A DNA stretch of 64,000 nt from Candidatus Cloacimonadales bacterium (lineage in GTDB: Bacteria > Cloacimonadota > Cloacimonadia > Cloacimonadales > JAFGVF01). A model generated the notes under the pieces. The model was not told the origin of the DNA and did not search any database. It saw only the letters and a list, made by a program, of their open reading frames with translations. This document shows, one piece after another, positions 10,248 through 21,344 of this stretch. Both the position numbers and the translations under genes were made by a program. The DNA is taken from NCBI GenBank assembly GCA_963667035.1, contig OY762964.1, forward strand, positions 640,001 to 704,000. Reading direction: 5' to 3'. Position 1 is the stretch's first letter. Each line of letters opens with the position of its first letter.

Positions 10248-12456
10248 CTAAAAATATAACTTGTAAAGTAATTTAAAGTTTCTCCCAGGTTCAGGCATAA
10301 TTGATTTAATCTTGGATAGGTGCCTCCTATATTCATTATTGTAGATATTCTCACAGCTGAAATCTATTGAATGCTGGAATATCTTTTTTGATATTAGAAA
10401 CCGAGCATAGATATCTTGAGTGAAAAAACCTTCAGTGGCTTCTTCGAACTCACCAAGTCGATCCTGTTCTGCTACGAAATTGAATCTAGAGCCAACAATG
10501 ATATTCTTTATTTTGTACGAGAGGTCTAACTTTGCTTTAAGGGGTGGAATATAGGGTAAAGGTGTATCAGTTTCAGTTAAGTCACCTTCTACATAGGTCA
10601 AGTTTCCCGCTATGGTAAGCTTATTCTCTAAATCCCATTTGAAAGAGGCTTCAATACCTTTAATTAAAGCATCATTACCCTCGTTCTTATATACTGGAAG
10701 TAATAAGCTCCATTCAGTTTCACCTGTGTTTCTCTGGAAGATATAGTTATCGAATACATTGGCATAAACTGCCACTTCCATCTTAAGATTATCTTGCTTA
10801 AAAGAGAGGTCTACTTCATAGCCCCAACCAGTTTCTTCAGACATATCAGCATTCCCAATCTCGTAAGAATAGGCGGCTAAGTGAGGACCTTGCGAGAATA
10901 ATTCTTCCATCTGAGGAGATCTAAAGGTCTTCATGAAAATTGCATCAACAAAGAAGCCTTTACCAATGTAGTAGTTACTTGAAACGGAATAAGATAACCC
11001 TTTAAAAATACGTCTTCGGATATACCCTACCAAGGGATTGTGCGTGCCCTCTTCATTGTCTTCAGGATTGATGTCATGGTAGTCAAATCTAATAGAAGTC
11101 TTAACTAACCATCTTGAAAGTGCTAGTTCATTATAGTTGTATAATGCTAATGTATTCTTTACTATATCTGGTGCAAAAGATAAACCACCTATACGATAAT
11201 CTTTGTACTCTCCCCATAAACCAATAATAGACTTTGAGAATATTAGCCATGGATTTGTAATCAGATTTGATTTAACTTTATGAGAATAAAGATCGAAAGA
11301 GACACCAATTAGATCGGAGCGTTCTAATTCCTCGTGGTAATAATGAGCATAGTTATGACTAATCTCCCAATAATCTATTACAGAATTATCAAAGTCGAAA
11401 AGGCACTTTGATTCTGAATGAAAGCGTTGCATTTCGATTCTCACTCCATTCGGATGACCACCTTTAAAACCACCGGGGATTCCGTAATCAGAGGAATAAT
11501 CACTTATTGCAGTTCCAACCATTCCCCAGTCACGAATTAAACTGATTCCCGCAGAGCCATTCAAATTCTCAATATCACTATTCTTTAATGTGTTATTGGG
11601 AGATTCTATATCGTTGGTTTTACGATAACTCCCATCAACCTTACCTGTAAACAGAGATATTGGGAAACTCAGTTCAATACTATTTACAAACCCACGATTA
11701 ACAGTCTCTCCTTGTGTACTTAACACACCACTTAACTTCTCAATTTTATGATCAGGAATATAACCTCTCTCAATATTTATTACACCACCTATATTGTTGG
11801 AACCATAAACTAAAGCTTCCGGACCACGTATAACCTCTATTTTACTTGCAGTAATAGGTTCTATCGCTACAGCGTGGTCAGATGAAGTACTTGAAATGTC
11901 ACCTGTCTGATCTCCATCTTCAAGAATTGATAATCGACTTCCTCCTAATCCTCTCATTACCGGACGAGAAGGAGCAGGTCCCATGCTAATATAGTCCATT
12001 CCCGGTTCTTCAGAAAGCGTTTCTCCAATAGTTGCGGATAGAGCTTGATCTAACTTTTGGGAAGATATCTCCATAACAGGTTGGACAATCTTTCTTTCCG
12101 TTCTGGTAGCATCAACTATTAAGCCATCCATTTTAACCGAATCTTTTTCTAAGAGAAGCTTAAGAGTAGTTGTCTTTTCTTCAGTGATTATAACCTTTCG
12201 TCTGATTTGTTTATACCCAATTCGTTTTACTACTACTTCATACTTCCCGGCAGGTATAGCTTGAATTATTGCAGTTCCGCTTTCATCACTCAAAGCATAA
12301 AAAACGGGTATTATCCAACTCAATTTGGCATTTCTCAATCGGTTGCTGATTATATGTGTCTTTTAACTGGCAAACTAAATCACCTCTTCCGGTTTTAACT
12401 GCAAAGAGTGCTAAGACATTTATAATCAATGTTGCAATGAGTACTATTTTTTTCAT
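10248..12456 (-). pseudogene. TonB-dependent receptor (ZnuD-like metal uptake), split by an apparent +1 frameshift
   Basis: Signal-peptide ORF MKKIVLIATL.. starts at 12456 and leaves the frame at the A6 run 12299-12304. Plug motifs SRPVMRG, DHAVAIEP and IEVIRGPEALVYG; C-terminal YF. Confidence 0.8.
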
Positions 12457-12471
12457 ACTGAGTATTTTAAA

Positions 12472-12506
12472 AGAAGGTTTGATGGGACAAGCCCATCAAA
12501 CCTTCT
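12472..12506 (-). terminator. Intergenic hairpin (terminator or mRNA stabiliser)
   Basis: AGAAGGTTTGATGGG-acaag-CCCATCAAACCTTCT, 15-bp stem. Confidence 0.7.
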
Positions 12507-12513
12507 AAACGAT

Positions 12514-13395
12514 TTATTGAACTACAACCGGAATTGGAAGGGCAACCCCCCAACCAACATGGTCGTCATGCATTAAATCAAGTTCAAGAGTTGTATTCCC
12601 GTTCTGTAAACCGTTTAACAAGAACACCCAGTGTTCACCGTTGCCGGCTTCAGAAACGAACTCAGCGATATTGGTGTCTGCAATTATCCCGGCTAAAGAA
12701 TGCACAGGAACTTCAGGATTGAAATAAACATCATTCTCATCGAAGAATTCAACTTCAAGGTGGTCTGTTTGACCGTTTAATGGAACTGTTAACTGGCCTG
12801 TAACGTTATCAGCAGTAGCTGTAACAAGTACAGTACCTGTTTCTTCATCTTTAACTACAAGTCCCACTGGTGGACCATGTCCATCACTTTCATGACTTAC
12901 TGTTACCGGAACCCAAACATCATCAGGCATAATGAAACCGTAATGATCTTCATGAACCAAGGCAATATGTAAACCTGTTGTTCCTTCAGCAGCACCTACT
13001 GCATGGAATCCCCAGTCTTCACCGGTATCTTGATCATGTCTCCATACTTTGGCAACAGTAGTATCTTGCATTGTTAATTCCAACCAATGGTGGCCATCGT
13101 TTAAGTCATCATTATTTACCGGATTAAAGTCAAATCCTTCCTGATCGATGAAATAAACAGCTATGTGTCCACTCATTTCACCAGCATGTACAGTAATCTC
13201 AGAATCCTGTTCTAATTCACCCTGATAATATCGTGCTACTTCAACTCCACTATCATAAAGCACAAAGCCCCATGGCATCACGTGCTCACCTATATCATCA
13301 TCATCATCGTCATCTTGGCAACCTGTTAATCCTAGAAAAGAGATTGCTAAAATGAGCAATAAAAAGCCTAATAATTTTGCTTTTCTGTTTTTCAT
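12514..13395 (-). CDS. His/Asp-rich lipoprotein with two repeated domains, probable metal-capture partner of the TonB receptor
   Basis: Lipobox LTGC followed by a poly-Asp run; two similar ~130-aa halves (GHIAVYFID / DHLEVEFFD). Confidence 0.75.
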   Translation of the reverse strand: MKNRKAKLLGFLLLILAISFLGLTGCQDDDDDDDIGEHVMPWGFVLYDSGVEVARYYQGELEQDSEITVHAGEMSGHIAVYFIDQEGFDFNPVNNDDLNDGHHWLELTMQDTTVAKVWRHDQDTGEDWGFHAVGAAEGTTGLHIALVHEDHYGFIMPDDVWVPVTVSHESDGHGPPVGLVVKDEETGTVLVTATADNVTGQLTVPLNGQTDHLEVEFFDENDVYFNPEVPVHSLAGIIADTNIAEFVSEAGNGEHWVFLLNGLQNGNTTLELDLMHDDHVGWGVALPIPVVVQ

Positions 13396-13583
13396 AGTCC
13401 TCTCCTGTAACGCATTTTGCGTTGTAAAGGCTTTTGAGATACAGCTTTTTAGTGTATCCTTTTATTCTAATTCTTAATATCTATCTGGTTTAGTGATATT
13501 TTCCATAGTAATACTACTCTGTTAACAAAGTAAGAATTTCAACTTCTCATAAAGACTTCCTGAATCTTTATGTTGGAATAGAA

Positions 13584-13889
13584 TTAGAATCGGGGAGGGG
13601 CTCTTGAATTGTGTTTGTTGGTTAGTTGTGCACTAATTAACTTTTCTACGTATATCTCTATATAAATATGCTTATATAGATTTATGAACAAAAATAATAT
13701 CGGTGTTATTATGATAGAAGTAAAGAGAAGATAAATCTCATGAGCAGGACATCCATGATGATGCTTAAAATCAAATGTATGGTTGTGGAAGAAATCGTGA
13801 CCTATGCTTAAGAATAGCATAATAACTATCGTAGTCACTACAAGTGCTATTTTTGATTTCTTACTTCTATATAGTTTCATTTCCCTCAC
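13584..13889 (-). CDS. His-rich leader protein with C-terminal RAPP motif (DUF2946/CruR-like)
   Basis: Hydrophobic segment, HDFFHNH..HHHGCPAH, ends NSRAPPRF; lies upstream of the lipoprotein and TonB receptor. Confidence 0.7.
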   Translation of the reverse strand: MREMKLYRSKKSKIALVVTTIVIMLFLSIGHDFFHNHTFDFKHHHGCPAHEIYLLFTSIIITPILFLFINLYKHIYIEIYVEKLISAQLTNKHNSRAPPRF

Positions 13890-14296
13890 TATGTATTACT
13901 TAATGTTCTCGCTCGTCATATGCTTTTATAAGGATTTACCCGATCAACAACAAGCATCAGTCAATTATACTTATTATAAAAATATATGCTAGAAAATCTT
14001 ATTTGTCAAGAAATTTGTGTAAGATATATCAATATCAATTTCATTCTCTGGTTTCTTTATCCTCATTAATCTCTCATGTCCTACAACTTTATAATCCATA
14101 CAAATATCCTATATGAACATATAGGAACTATATTTTCTTTAATATTTATGTTAGTTATGGACGTAGAATGTTACAAAGGGTAGCAGAATTTGATTAGAAG
14201 AACTCTATAAAGTGAGTAACTATATTTACACAATCTGTCGTGCTTTTAAAAATTAAGAATTATATAATATTGGATAATGTTGTTACTCGTATAGTA

Positions 14297-15397
14297 TTAG
14301 TTACGATTGAGATTACTCTTTAAGCTAATTATACGGTTATATGATTCTTCAATACGCTCTTTTGATATCTTACCTTCCATCACTAGAGACTTGATTATGC
14401 TAAAAGCATGCCCCATTATCTCCTCATCAGATTTCGGAGAGGCAAAGAGAAGGATATCAACGCCTGCATTAACCGATTTTTCTATCACTTCTTCCCATTG
14501 ATAGTTATCGTGAATAGCTTTCATATAAAGACCGTCTGATACCACAACACCGTTCCATCCGAGTTCTTTTCGTAAGAGACCATTGATGGTTTTATCCGAC
14601 ATTGTTGCCGGATAAAGTGAATCTATCTTAGCATTGAAGATATGGGCAGTCATAATCATGTCTAACTTATTCTCTGTAATCAGACCTTTATAAGGAATTA
14701 ACTCAATTTCAGACCAAGTATCAGTAATATCCGTAAAACCTTCATGACTATCATTAAGGGATGAACCATGCCCCGGAAAGTGTTTTACTGCTGTGAGAAT
14801 ATTGTGTTTGTGATGTTCATCAATAAAAGTGGAAGCATGCTGCAGCACTTTTACGGGATCTGAAGATATACTACGATGCAGTTTGGCTATAACAGGACAA
14901 TCAGGATTTACTGCAACATCGACTACAGGAGCAAAATTTAGATTAAATCCGACAGAGCTAAGTTGTTCAGCAATCAATTGGCTCCATTCCCTTGTGGCAT
15001 CAGGATTATCTACTTCGCCTATGAATTCAGCAGGACAAGGCTTTTTGAATCCATAAGGTTCCTTCAGTCTGCTCACAAGTCCACCTTCCTGATCTACAGC
15101 TACAAAAAGTGGGGTAGAGGAAGCTGATTGTAATTGCTTGATTAATTTGGAAAGCTGTTCCTTATTCTTAATGTTTCTATCTTTCTTCTTTGTCTCCGGA
15201 TTATAATCAAATAGAATTACACCTCCGGGTTTGTATTGTTTGATTTCTTTAGCAATGCGAGTTTCGGGACCTGCTTCCATTCCATAGAAACCAACCATAA
15301 GCATTTGTCCTATCATATCATCAAGTGTCGGTTGTCTCTTTTGAGAGCATGATAATAACAGGATAGAGATAGAAATAATAAGAATAAGTTTTTTCAT
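14297..15397 (-). CDS. nagZ: GH3 beta-N-acetylhexosaminidase lipoprotein
   Basis: VDQEGGLVSR, NFAPVVD, KHFPGHGS..DSH; lipobox LLSC. Confidence 0.9.
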   Translation of the reverse strand: MKKLILIISISILLLSCSQKRQPTLDDMIGQMLMVGFYGMEAGPETRIAKEIKQYKPGGVILFDYNPETKKKDRNIKNKEQLSKLIKQLQSASSTPLFVAVDQEGGLVSRLKEPYGFKKPCPAEFIGEVDNPDATREWSQLIAEQLSSVGFNLNFAPVVDVAVNPDCPVIAKLHRSISSDPVKVLQHASTFIDEHHKHNILTAVKHFPGHGSSLNDSHEGFTDITDTWSEIELIPYKGLITENKLDMIMTAHIFNAKIDSLYPATMSDKTINGLLRKELGWNGVVVSDGLYMKAIHDNYQWEEVIEKSVNAGVDILLFASPKSDEEIMGHAFSIIKSLVMEGKISKERIEESYNRIISLKSNLNRN

Positions 15398-15412
15398 AGA
15401 TAGTTTTCCTTA

Positions 15413-15441
15413 AAAAGAAAGGGCATCCGATCGGATGCCCC
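15413..15441 (-). terminator. Intrinsic terminator after kat
   Basis: GGGCATCC-gatc-GGATGCCC followed by a U-rich tract on the minus strand. Confidence 0.7.
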
Positions 15442-15454
15442 TATATATCAATGA

Positions 15455-16699
15455 TTACATTAACTTGTTAAGTTCTGCAAGTGACTCTTTAATAGCTTGA
15501 GCAGCTCTATTGAGATCTTCGTCAGTATGACGATAAGCGATATAACCGTGATGATAAGGTTGTAAGAATACACCACGTCTGATTAACTGTGTATAGAACT
15601 CGTTTCTGAGTTTCTTATAAAGCTTGTCAGGATCGGGTCTGAAAGTAATGAAAGGCATCCAAGGAGCCCCACTGAAGTTTACCGGCATACCACTATCATC
15701 AACTATATCTTGAATCTGTTTTGCAAACTTCTCTCCTTTAGCATGTATTACATCAAGAACGTTATTCTTCTCGAGGTAATCAATAGTAGCAATAGCAGCA
15801 ACTTGAGCTTCACTGTTAGGGAAGTAAGTTGAAGATAAGAAAACTTCACTTTCAAGCATCTTCATGTGCTCTTTCTTACCAACGAGAGCAGCAATTGCAT
15901 AACCGTTAGCCATAGCCTTACCAACTGATGTGAGATCAGGAGTAACACCGAAATACTTCTGTGCACCACCCATTGAGCTTCTGAAACCTGTTCTGATTTC
16001 ATCAAACATAAGAACACAACCGTATTGGTCGGCAAGTTTTCTTACGCCTTCAAGGTAGCCCGGTTTAGGCATCTGTACTTCATGTGCAAGAGGATGACCA
16101 ACAGGCGTAACAATGATACAAGCCATATCGTCACCATGCTTTTTGAGCAAATCTTCAAGAGCATCAAGGTCGTTATAAGGGAATTCAAAAGTATCCTCGT
16201 ATAATTTCTTTGGGATTCCACCTTTTACTTCAACACACCAGTCATGCCAACCATGATAACCGCATCTGGCAATCTTAGTTCTTCCGGTATAAGCACGAGA
16301 AACACGAATACCGATACTTGTAGCATCTGATCCTGTTTTTACAAAAGCAGCCATCTCACATGATGGGATGTGCTTAATAAGCTTCTCAGCAAGAATATTC
16401 TGTAAGGGTTGAGTAAGGGAGAAACAGAAACCTTTTTCTTGAATCTGTTTGATAACAGCATTATCAATCTCTTCTTCTCTGTGTCCGATAATAATTGGAC
16501 CATAAGCACATAAGAAATCAAGGTATTCATTACCATCAACATCCCAAACTTTACCACCTTTAGCATGGTCAAAGAAGATTGGATATTCACCGGGTACAAA
16601 GTTGTACGGTCTTCTGATTCCTGCAACTGCTCCCGGGACAATCTCAAGAGCACGGTTGTACATTTCCATTGACTTTGTTAAATTAAGTTTTTCTGCCAT
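15455..16699 (-). CDS. kat: 3-aminobutyryl-CoA aminotransferase (class III PLP)
   Basis: AGIRRPYNFVPGEYPIFFD, GYHGWHDWC, FDEIRTGFR and GKAMANGY match my recollection of Cloacimonas Kat. Confidence 0.82.
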   Translation of the reverse strand: MAEKLNLTKSMEMYNRALEIVPGAVAGIRRPYNFVPGEYPIFFDHAKGGKVWDVDGNEYLDFLCAYGPIIIGHREEEIDNAVIKQIQEKGFCFSLTQPLQNILAEKLIKHIPSCEMAAFVKTGSDATSIGIRVSRAYTGRTKIARCGYHGWHDWCVEVKGGIPKKLYEDTFEFPYNDLDALEDLLKKHGDDMACIIVTPVGHPLAHEVQMPKPGYLEGVRKLADQYGCVLMFDEIRTGFRSSMGGAQKYFGVTPDLTSVGKAMANGYAIAALVGKKEHMKMLESEVFLSSTYFPNSEAQVAAIATIDYLEKNNVLDVIHAKGEKFAKQIQDIVDDSGMPVNFSGAPWMPFITFRPDPDKLYKKLRNEFYTQLIRRGVFLQPYHHGYIAYRHTDEDLNRAAQAIKESLAELNKLM

Positions 16700-16723
16700 T
16701 TTAACCTCTATATATCTTTTTTA

Positions 16724-17917
16724 TTATTTCATTTCCCATAATGAGCTAATGCCCATTCCACCACCAATACAAAGAGATGCAAGACCTTTCTTGGTTCCTC
16801 TTTTCTTCATTTCATGTAGAAGGGTAACAATGATTCTGGCTCCTGAACAACCGATTGGGTGACCAAGTGCTATTGCTCCACCATTTACATTTACTATCTC
16901 AGGATTAATACCACCTACATCTTTAAGTCCTTCAAAAACAGAAAGCGATTGAGCAGCAAAAGCCTCATTGAGTTCAGCAAGTTCTATATCTTCAAGTTTC
17001 CATCCGCTCTTATCAAGAACTTTTTTAACAGCCGGAACCGGACCAAATCCCATGTAAGCAGGATCGACACCTGCTGAAGCATAATCAACTAAATAAGCCA
17101 TAGGAGTGAGACCTAACTCGTTAGCTTTTTCTTCACTCATAAGAAGAAGGAAAGCTGCGCCGTCATTTATACCTGAAGAGTTAGCTGCAGTCACTGTACC
17201 GTCTTTTTTGAAAGCTGGTCTAAGTTTTGAAAGACCTTGAGCTGTCACACCTTTACGTGGGAATTCATCAGTATCAAAGATGATAGGGTCACCTTTTCTT
17301 TGAGGAATAGAGATAGGCACAATCTCATCTTTGAAGCGACCTGATTCGATTGCAGCTTCAGCTTTGTTCTGACTTCCTGCTGCAAAAGCGTCTTGAGCTT
17401 CACGAGTAAGGTTATACTTTTCAGCTAAATTCTCAGCTGTTATACCCATATGATAACCGTTAAAGATGTCATAAAGTCCGTCATGAACCATGATATCAAC
17501 TAAACTCTTGTCACCCATACGTGCACCCCAGCGAGCATCACGATTGATATAAGGAATCTGACTCATATTCTCTGTACCACCGGCAAGAATGATATCTGCT
17601 TCACCAAGAGCTATCATACCGGCAGCTAGAGTCACAGTTTTCATACCGGATCCGCAAACTTTGTTTACTGTGTAAGCTGGTACAGTGTTTGGAATTCCAG
17701 AATGGATAGATACTTGACGAGCAACATTCTGCCCAAGTCCTGCACCTACGACATTTCCAATAATAACTTCTTCAATCATTTCAGGTTTAACGCCTGTTTC
17801 AGCTAACATTGATTTCACAACCTGTACACCAAGCTCAATAGCAGATACTTTCATCAAAGAACCACCAAAGGTTCCGATAGCACTTCTTTTTGCTGATACT
17901 ACAACTGTTTTTCTCAT
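16724..17917 (-). CDS. thlA: Acetyl-CoA C-acetyltransferase (thiolase)
   Basis: [20 protein letters not shown] and CIGGGMG motifs. Confidence 0.93.
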   Translation of the reverse strand: MRKTVVVSAKRSAIGTFGGSLMKVSAIELGVQVVKSMLAETGVKPEMIEEVIIGNVVGAGLGQNVARQVSIHSGIPNTVPAYTVNKVCGSGMKTVTLAAGMIALGEADIILAGGTENMSQIPYINRDARWGARMGDKSLVDIMVHDGLYDIFNGYHMGITAENLAEKYNLTREAQDAFAAGSQNKAEAAIESGRFKDEIVPISIPQRKGDPIIFDTDEFPRKGVTAQGLSKLRPAFKKDGTVTAANSSGINDGAAFLLLMSEEKANELGLTPMAYLVDYASAGVDPAYMGFGPVPAVKKVLDKSGWKLEDIELAELNEAFAAQSLSVFEGLKDVGGINPEIVNVNGGAIALGHPIGCSGARIIVTLLHEMKKRGTKKGLASLCIGGGMGISSLWEMK

Positions 17918-17930
17918 TATTCCTCCATAT

Positions 17931-18818
17931 CTATTTATTATTTCGTTTTTCTTTAATTATTATTTCAATCTCATCCGGACTGAATACGTATTTTTTATCA
18001 CAGAAATGGCATTCTGTCACCACATCCTCTTTCTTCATGTCTTCAAGGTCTTCAAAGGTTAACATGAGTAGTCCGGCTCGAAATTTATCGCGACTACAAT
18101 TGCATCTGTATTCCTGATTACTTTCATCCATTATCTCAATGTCAAAGTCTTTTAACACGACTTCTCGAATAATCTTCTCAGCATCATATCCCATATCAAG
18201 TAAATCTGTATAATATGGCATATTGGAGATATTCTCTTCAAGTTTGGCAATAGTTGCTTCCGGTGTTTCAGGTAATAATTGAATAAGAAATCCACCTGCC
18301 TTTTTTACTTTGGCATCTTCATCTATTAACACCCCTAAACTGCATGCACTTGGAACTTGATCCGATTGATATAAAAAGTAAGTTAAATCATCAGCAATTT
18401 CACCTGTTCTTAACTCGGAAGTACTGATATATGGTTGCTCATTCTTTTGATGTCTAATTACGTTGAGGTAGCCGGGCAATACCATTGAACCTATGTTTTG
18501 CAAAGGTAACTTGTCAGCATTCTCCGGTACATAAGAGGGATTATTGACATAACCTCTAACATATCCTCCTCGTTCGGTTACGGCTGTTGCTTTACCCAAA
18601 GGTCCTTCTCCTTGGAGTGAGAGTGTCATTGACTCTGAAAGCCCTTTCAAATCAACACTCAGAAGCATACTGGCTGTGAGAAGTCTTCCTAATACTACAG
18701 TTGCATGAGGAGAGCTTTTCTGGTAATCTTGAGCTGTTTTGACAACATCCGTTGAATCAGTGACAACAAATCTAATCTCGTTATTAGAAGCTGTTCCTCT
18801 GATTAATCTATCTGACAT
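17931..18818 (-). CDS. hslO: Hsp33 redox-regulated chaperone
   Basis: [19 protein letters not shown] and the CNCS..CHFC zinc site. Confidence 0.92.
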   Translation of the reverse strand: MSDRLIRGTASNNEIRFVVTDSTDVVKTAQDYQKSSPHATVVLGRLLTASMLLSVDLKGLSESMTLSLQGEGPLGKATAVTERGGYVRGYVNNPSYVPENADKLPLQNIGSMVLPGYLNVIRHQKNEQPYISTSELRTGEIADDLTYFLYQSDQVPSACSLGVLIDEDAKVKKAGGFLIQLLPETPEATIAKLEENISNMPYYTDLLDMGYDAEKIIREVVLKDFDIEIMDESNQEYRCNCSRDKFRAGLLMLTFEDLEDMKKEDVVTECHFCDKKYVFSPDEIEIIIKEKRNNK

Positions 18819-18975
18819 TTATCCTCCGAAAATATATCAATATAATCTGTTATTACAATCTATGTTAAGGATTAAGAAAAATGGATAATGTCAACTAAAA
18901 TCGTTATTTCAAAGGGAATAAAATACCCCTGCTTAAATATTCTTCAAGCAGGGGATAAAAGAATTGTATAATCTA

Positions 18976-20175
18976 CTATAAGCCTTTTTCAGCTTTGAAC
19001 TTTTCGAGTCCGGTACGGAAAATATACATGGCTTTTGTAAGGTCGTTTTCATTAAGGATATAGGCAAAGCGTACTTCACTTACTCCTGAACCTTTAGTTG
19101 CGTAGAAACCGGCAGCAGGGGCTACCATAACGGTTTCATTGTTTACTTGATAGTTACTGAGTAACCAGATAACGAACTCTTCGGCATTAGGAATAGGAAG
19201 CTTAGCTACAATGTAAAAAGCTCCTTCTGGTTTTCTGCAAACTATTCCGTCTATCTTCTCAAGTTCGGCAAACACAAGGTCACGACGGTTTTTATATTCA
19301 GTGATTGTTTTATCAAAGTAAGATTGAGGTAAGTCTACACATGCTGAAGCAGCCATTTGATCTATTGTAGGAGGACAGAGACGAGCTTGAGCAAGTTTAA
19401 GCATTGCTGTCATCAGTTCATTGTTTCTGGAAACAATACAACCGATTCTTGCTCCACATGCACTATAGCGTTTAGAAACACTGTCTACCATTATTGCTTT
19501 GTCTTCTATACCGTTAATTTTTAGTATACTGGTAGCTTCCATATTATCGTAAGTAAATTCACGATACACTTCATCAGAGATTACATAAAGACCGTTTTCT
19601 TTAGCAATTTCAGCTACCATTTCCACTTCTTCACGACTGTAAACTTTTCCTGTCGGGTTTCCGGGGTTGCAAATCATGATTGCTTTGGTCTTGTCACTAA
19701 TCTTTGCAACAATCTCTTCTTTTGAAGGTAAAGCAAAACCGCCTTCAACTTTGGTTGTAATAGGTTTAATCTTTACTCCGGCCATATCTGCAAAGCCGTT
19801 ATAATTAGTGTAAAAAGGTTCAGGAATCAGTATTTCGTCACCAACATTACAAACTGCGGTTAATGCAAAAACAATAGCTTCCGAACCGGCTGTTGTAACA
19901 ATTATATCATTTACATAAAGATCAATGTCATGACCCTTGTAATACTTAACAAGATTCTCTCTATAACTTTCCAAACCCTGAGATGGTCCGTAAGCTAAGA
20001 CTTTGGAATCAAAATTGTGATAAACATCCAACATCTCTTTTGGTGTTTCAATATCGGGTTGACCGATGTTAAGATGATAAACATGGAGTCCTTGCTCCTT
20101 GGCTGCATTTGCATAAGGCATCAATTTCCTGATAGGAGATGCTTGCATATCCTGAACGCGTTGAGAAATCTTCAT
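18976..20175 (-). CDS. Class I/II PLP-dependent (aspartate-type) aminotransferase
   Basis: NIGQPD, NPGNPTG, SDEVY and SVSKRYSACGARIG motifs. Confidence 0.9.
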   Translation of the reverse strand: MKISQRVQDMQASPIRKLMPYANAAKEQGLHVYHLNIGQPDIETPKEMLDVYHNFDSKVLAYGPSQGLESYRENLVKYYKGHDIDLYVNDIIVTTAGSEAIVFALTAVCNVGDEILIPEPFYTNYNGFADMAGVKIKPITTKVEGGFALPSKEEIVAKISDKTKAIMICNPGNPTGKVYSREEVEMVAEIAKENGLYVISDEVYREFTYDNMEATSILKINGIEDKAIMVDSVSKRYSACGARIGCIVSRNNELMTAMLKLAQARLCPPTIDQMAASACVDLPQSYFDKTITEYKNRRDLVFAELEKIDGIVCRKPEGAFYIVAKLPIPNAEEFVIWLLSNYQVNNETVMVAPAAGFYATKGSGVSEVRFAYILNENDLTKAMYIFRTGLEKFKAEKGL

Positions 20176-20244
20176 TTCACTACACTCCTGATGATAATAA
20201 TTTTTACTACTATTTTAGGGAGTTAGTTTTGAGCAAGTAAATTT

Positions 20245-21342
20245 TTAGAACTCCTCTTTACCACCGATTTTTATCTCATAGCCTTCATCACCCCAGGCAA
20301 CATCACATTGGAAATTGAATTTATTCTTTTCAATAATTGTATAACGTAAACCTGTCCCGACAGAATATTTTAGATCATCTGAGGCAATGTCTTCAATTGA
20401 GGGAGCAACAAGACCGGTCTCTGCAAAGATTACATAACCGAATGGATAAAGGATTGTTTCTTTGGGGAATAGAAACCGACTTTCAGTTCTAAAGGAGATT
20501 CTATTTTTATCAATGAAACGATTTGAACTATAAGCTCTTAACTGGTCTCCGAGTTTGCTCATCATGTAAAACGGTACATCTCCTTGATTGCTTTCAAACT
20601 CAAATTGGTTAGCAACTACAGTATTATTGGCAATTGTGGAGTAAGTTCTTAAGTCAATGCTATATCTCTCAAAATCATAATCACCATAAGTTTCCCTGAG
20701 ATATTTGTATGCAGAGAGCTTAAATCTGATACCGGAGTATGGGTAATAAGGACCATCTGTTGAATCTAGTTCAAGCAAGCCTCCCAGCCCGGCTACCTCG
20801 GAGGTTTCAGAACCGGGTATTGTATGAAGAATAAGATTTCCTTCCTCATCATTTTTCGGATAATCATAGTGTTGCCAGTTTGCCCCGATACCAATTGCAA
20901 ATTGTTCACTGAAATATCTACTCAGAACCAGTCCGAAAATGTACTTGTTCGTAGTATACTCCTCTGAGATATCTTTGTCAGTATTATTTCCTATGCCATA
21001 ATAAGTATCAGGCCATTTACGAAACTTAGCTTCAGATTGTATTCTCCAATTACCGAACTTGTAGGCAGGTCTAAGTCTTAGCTCGAATTGCTCTTTCAAA
21101 GAATACTTTGCAGTTGTATCAAGAGTGAAGTAGTTACTACTTTTATCTACAACTCCCGGATTGAAGTAAACACCAAGAGCAAAGACAGCATTGGTTTCTG
21201 TAGAGTAACTGAAACCGGGCATAATTATATATTTCGGATTCAGTAAAGCTTTATAAATAGGGGACTGTCTTGTAAACTGCGAATACAAGGGAGTCATACT
21301 CAGTAACAAGATACCGAAGATAACAATAACAATTTTCTTCAT
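20245..21342 (-). CDS. BamA/TamA-family (Omp85-like) outer-membrane beta-barrel
   Basis: Signal peptide; LRAY..RF, SVGTGLRY; C-terminal F. Confidence 0.75.
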   Translation of the reverse strand: MKKIVIVIFGILLLSMTPLYSQFTRQSPIYKALLNPKYIIMPGFSYSTETNAVFALGVYFNPGVVDKSSNYFTLDTTAKYSLKEQFELRLRPAYKFGNWRIQSEAKFRKWPDTYYGIGNNTDKDISEEYTTNKYIFGLVLSRYFSEQFAIGIGANWQHYDYPKNDEEGNLILHTIPGSETSEVAGLGGLLELDSTDGPYYPYSGIRFKLSAYKYLRETYGDYDFERYSIDLRTYSTIANNTVVANQFEFESNQGDVPFYMMSKLGDQLRAYSSNRFIDKNRISFRTESRFLFPKETILYPFGYVIFAETGLVAPSIEDIASDDLKYSVGTGLRYTIIEKNKFNFQCDVAWGDEGYEIKIGGKEEF

Positions 21343-21344
21343 TA

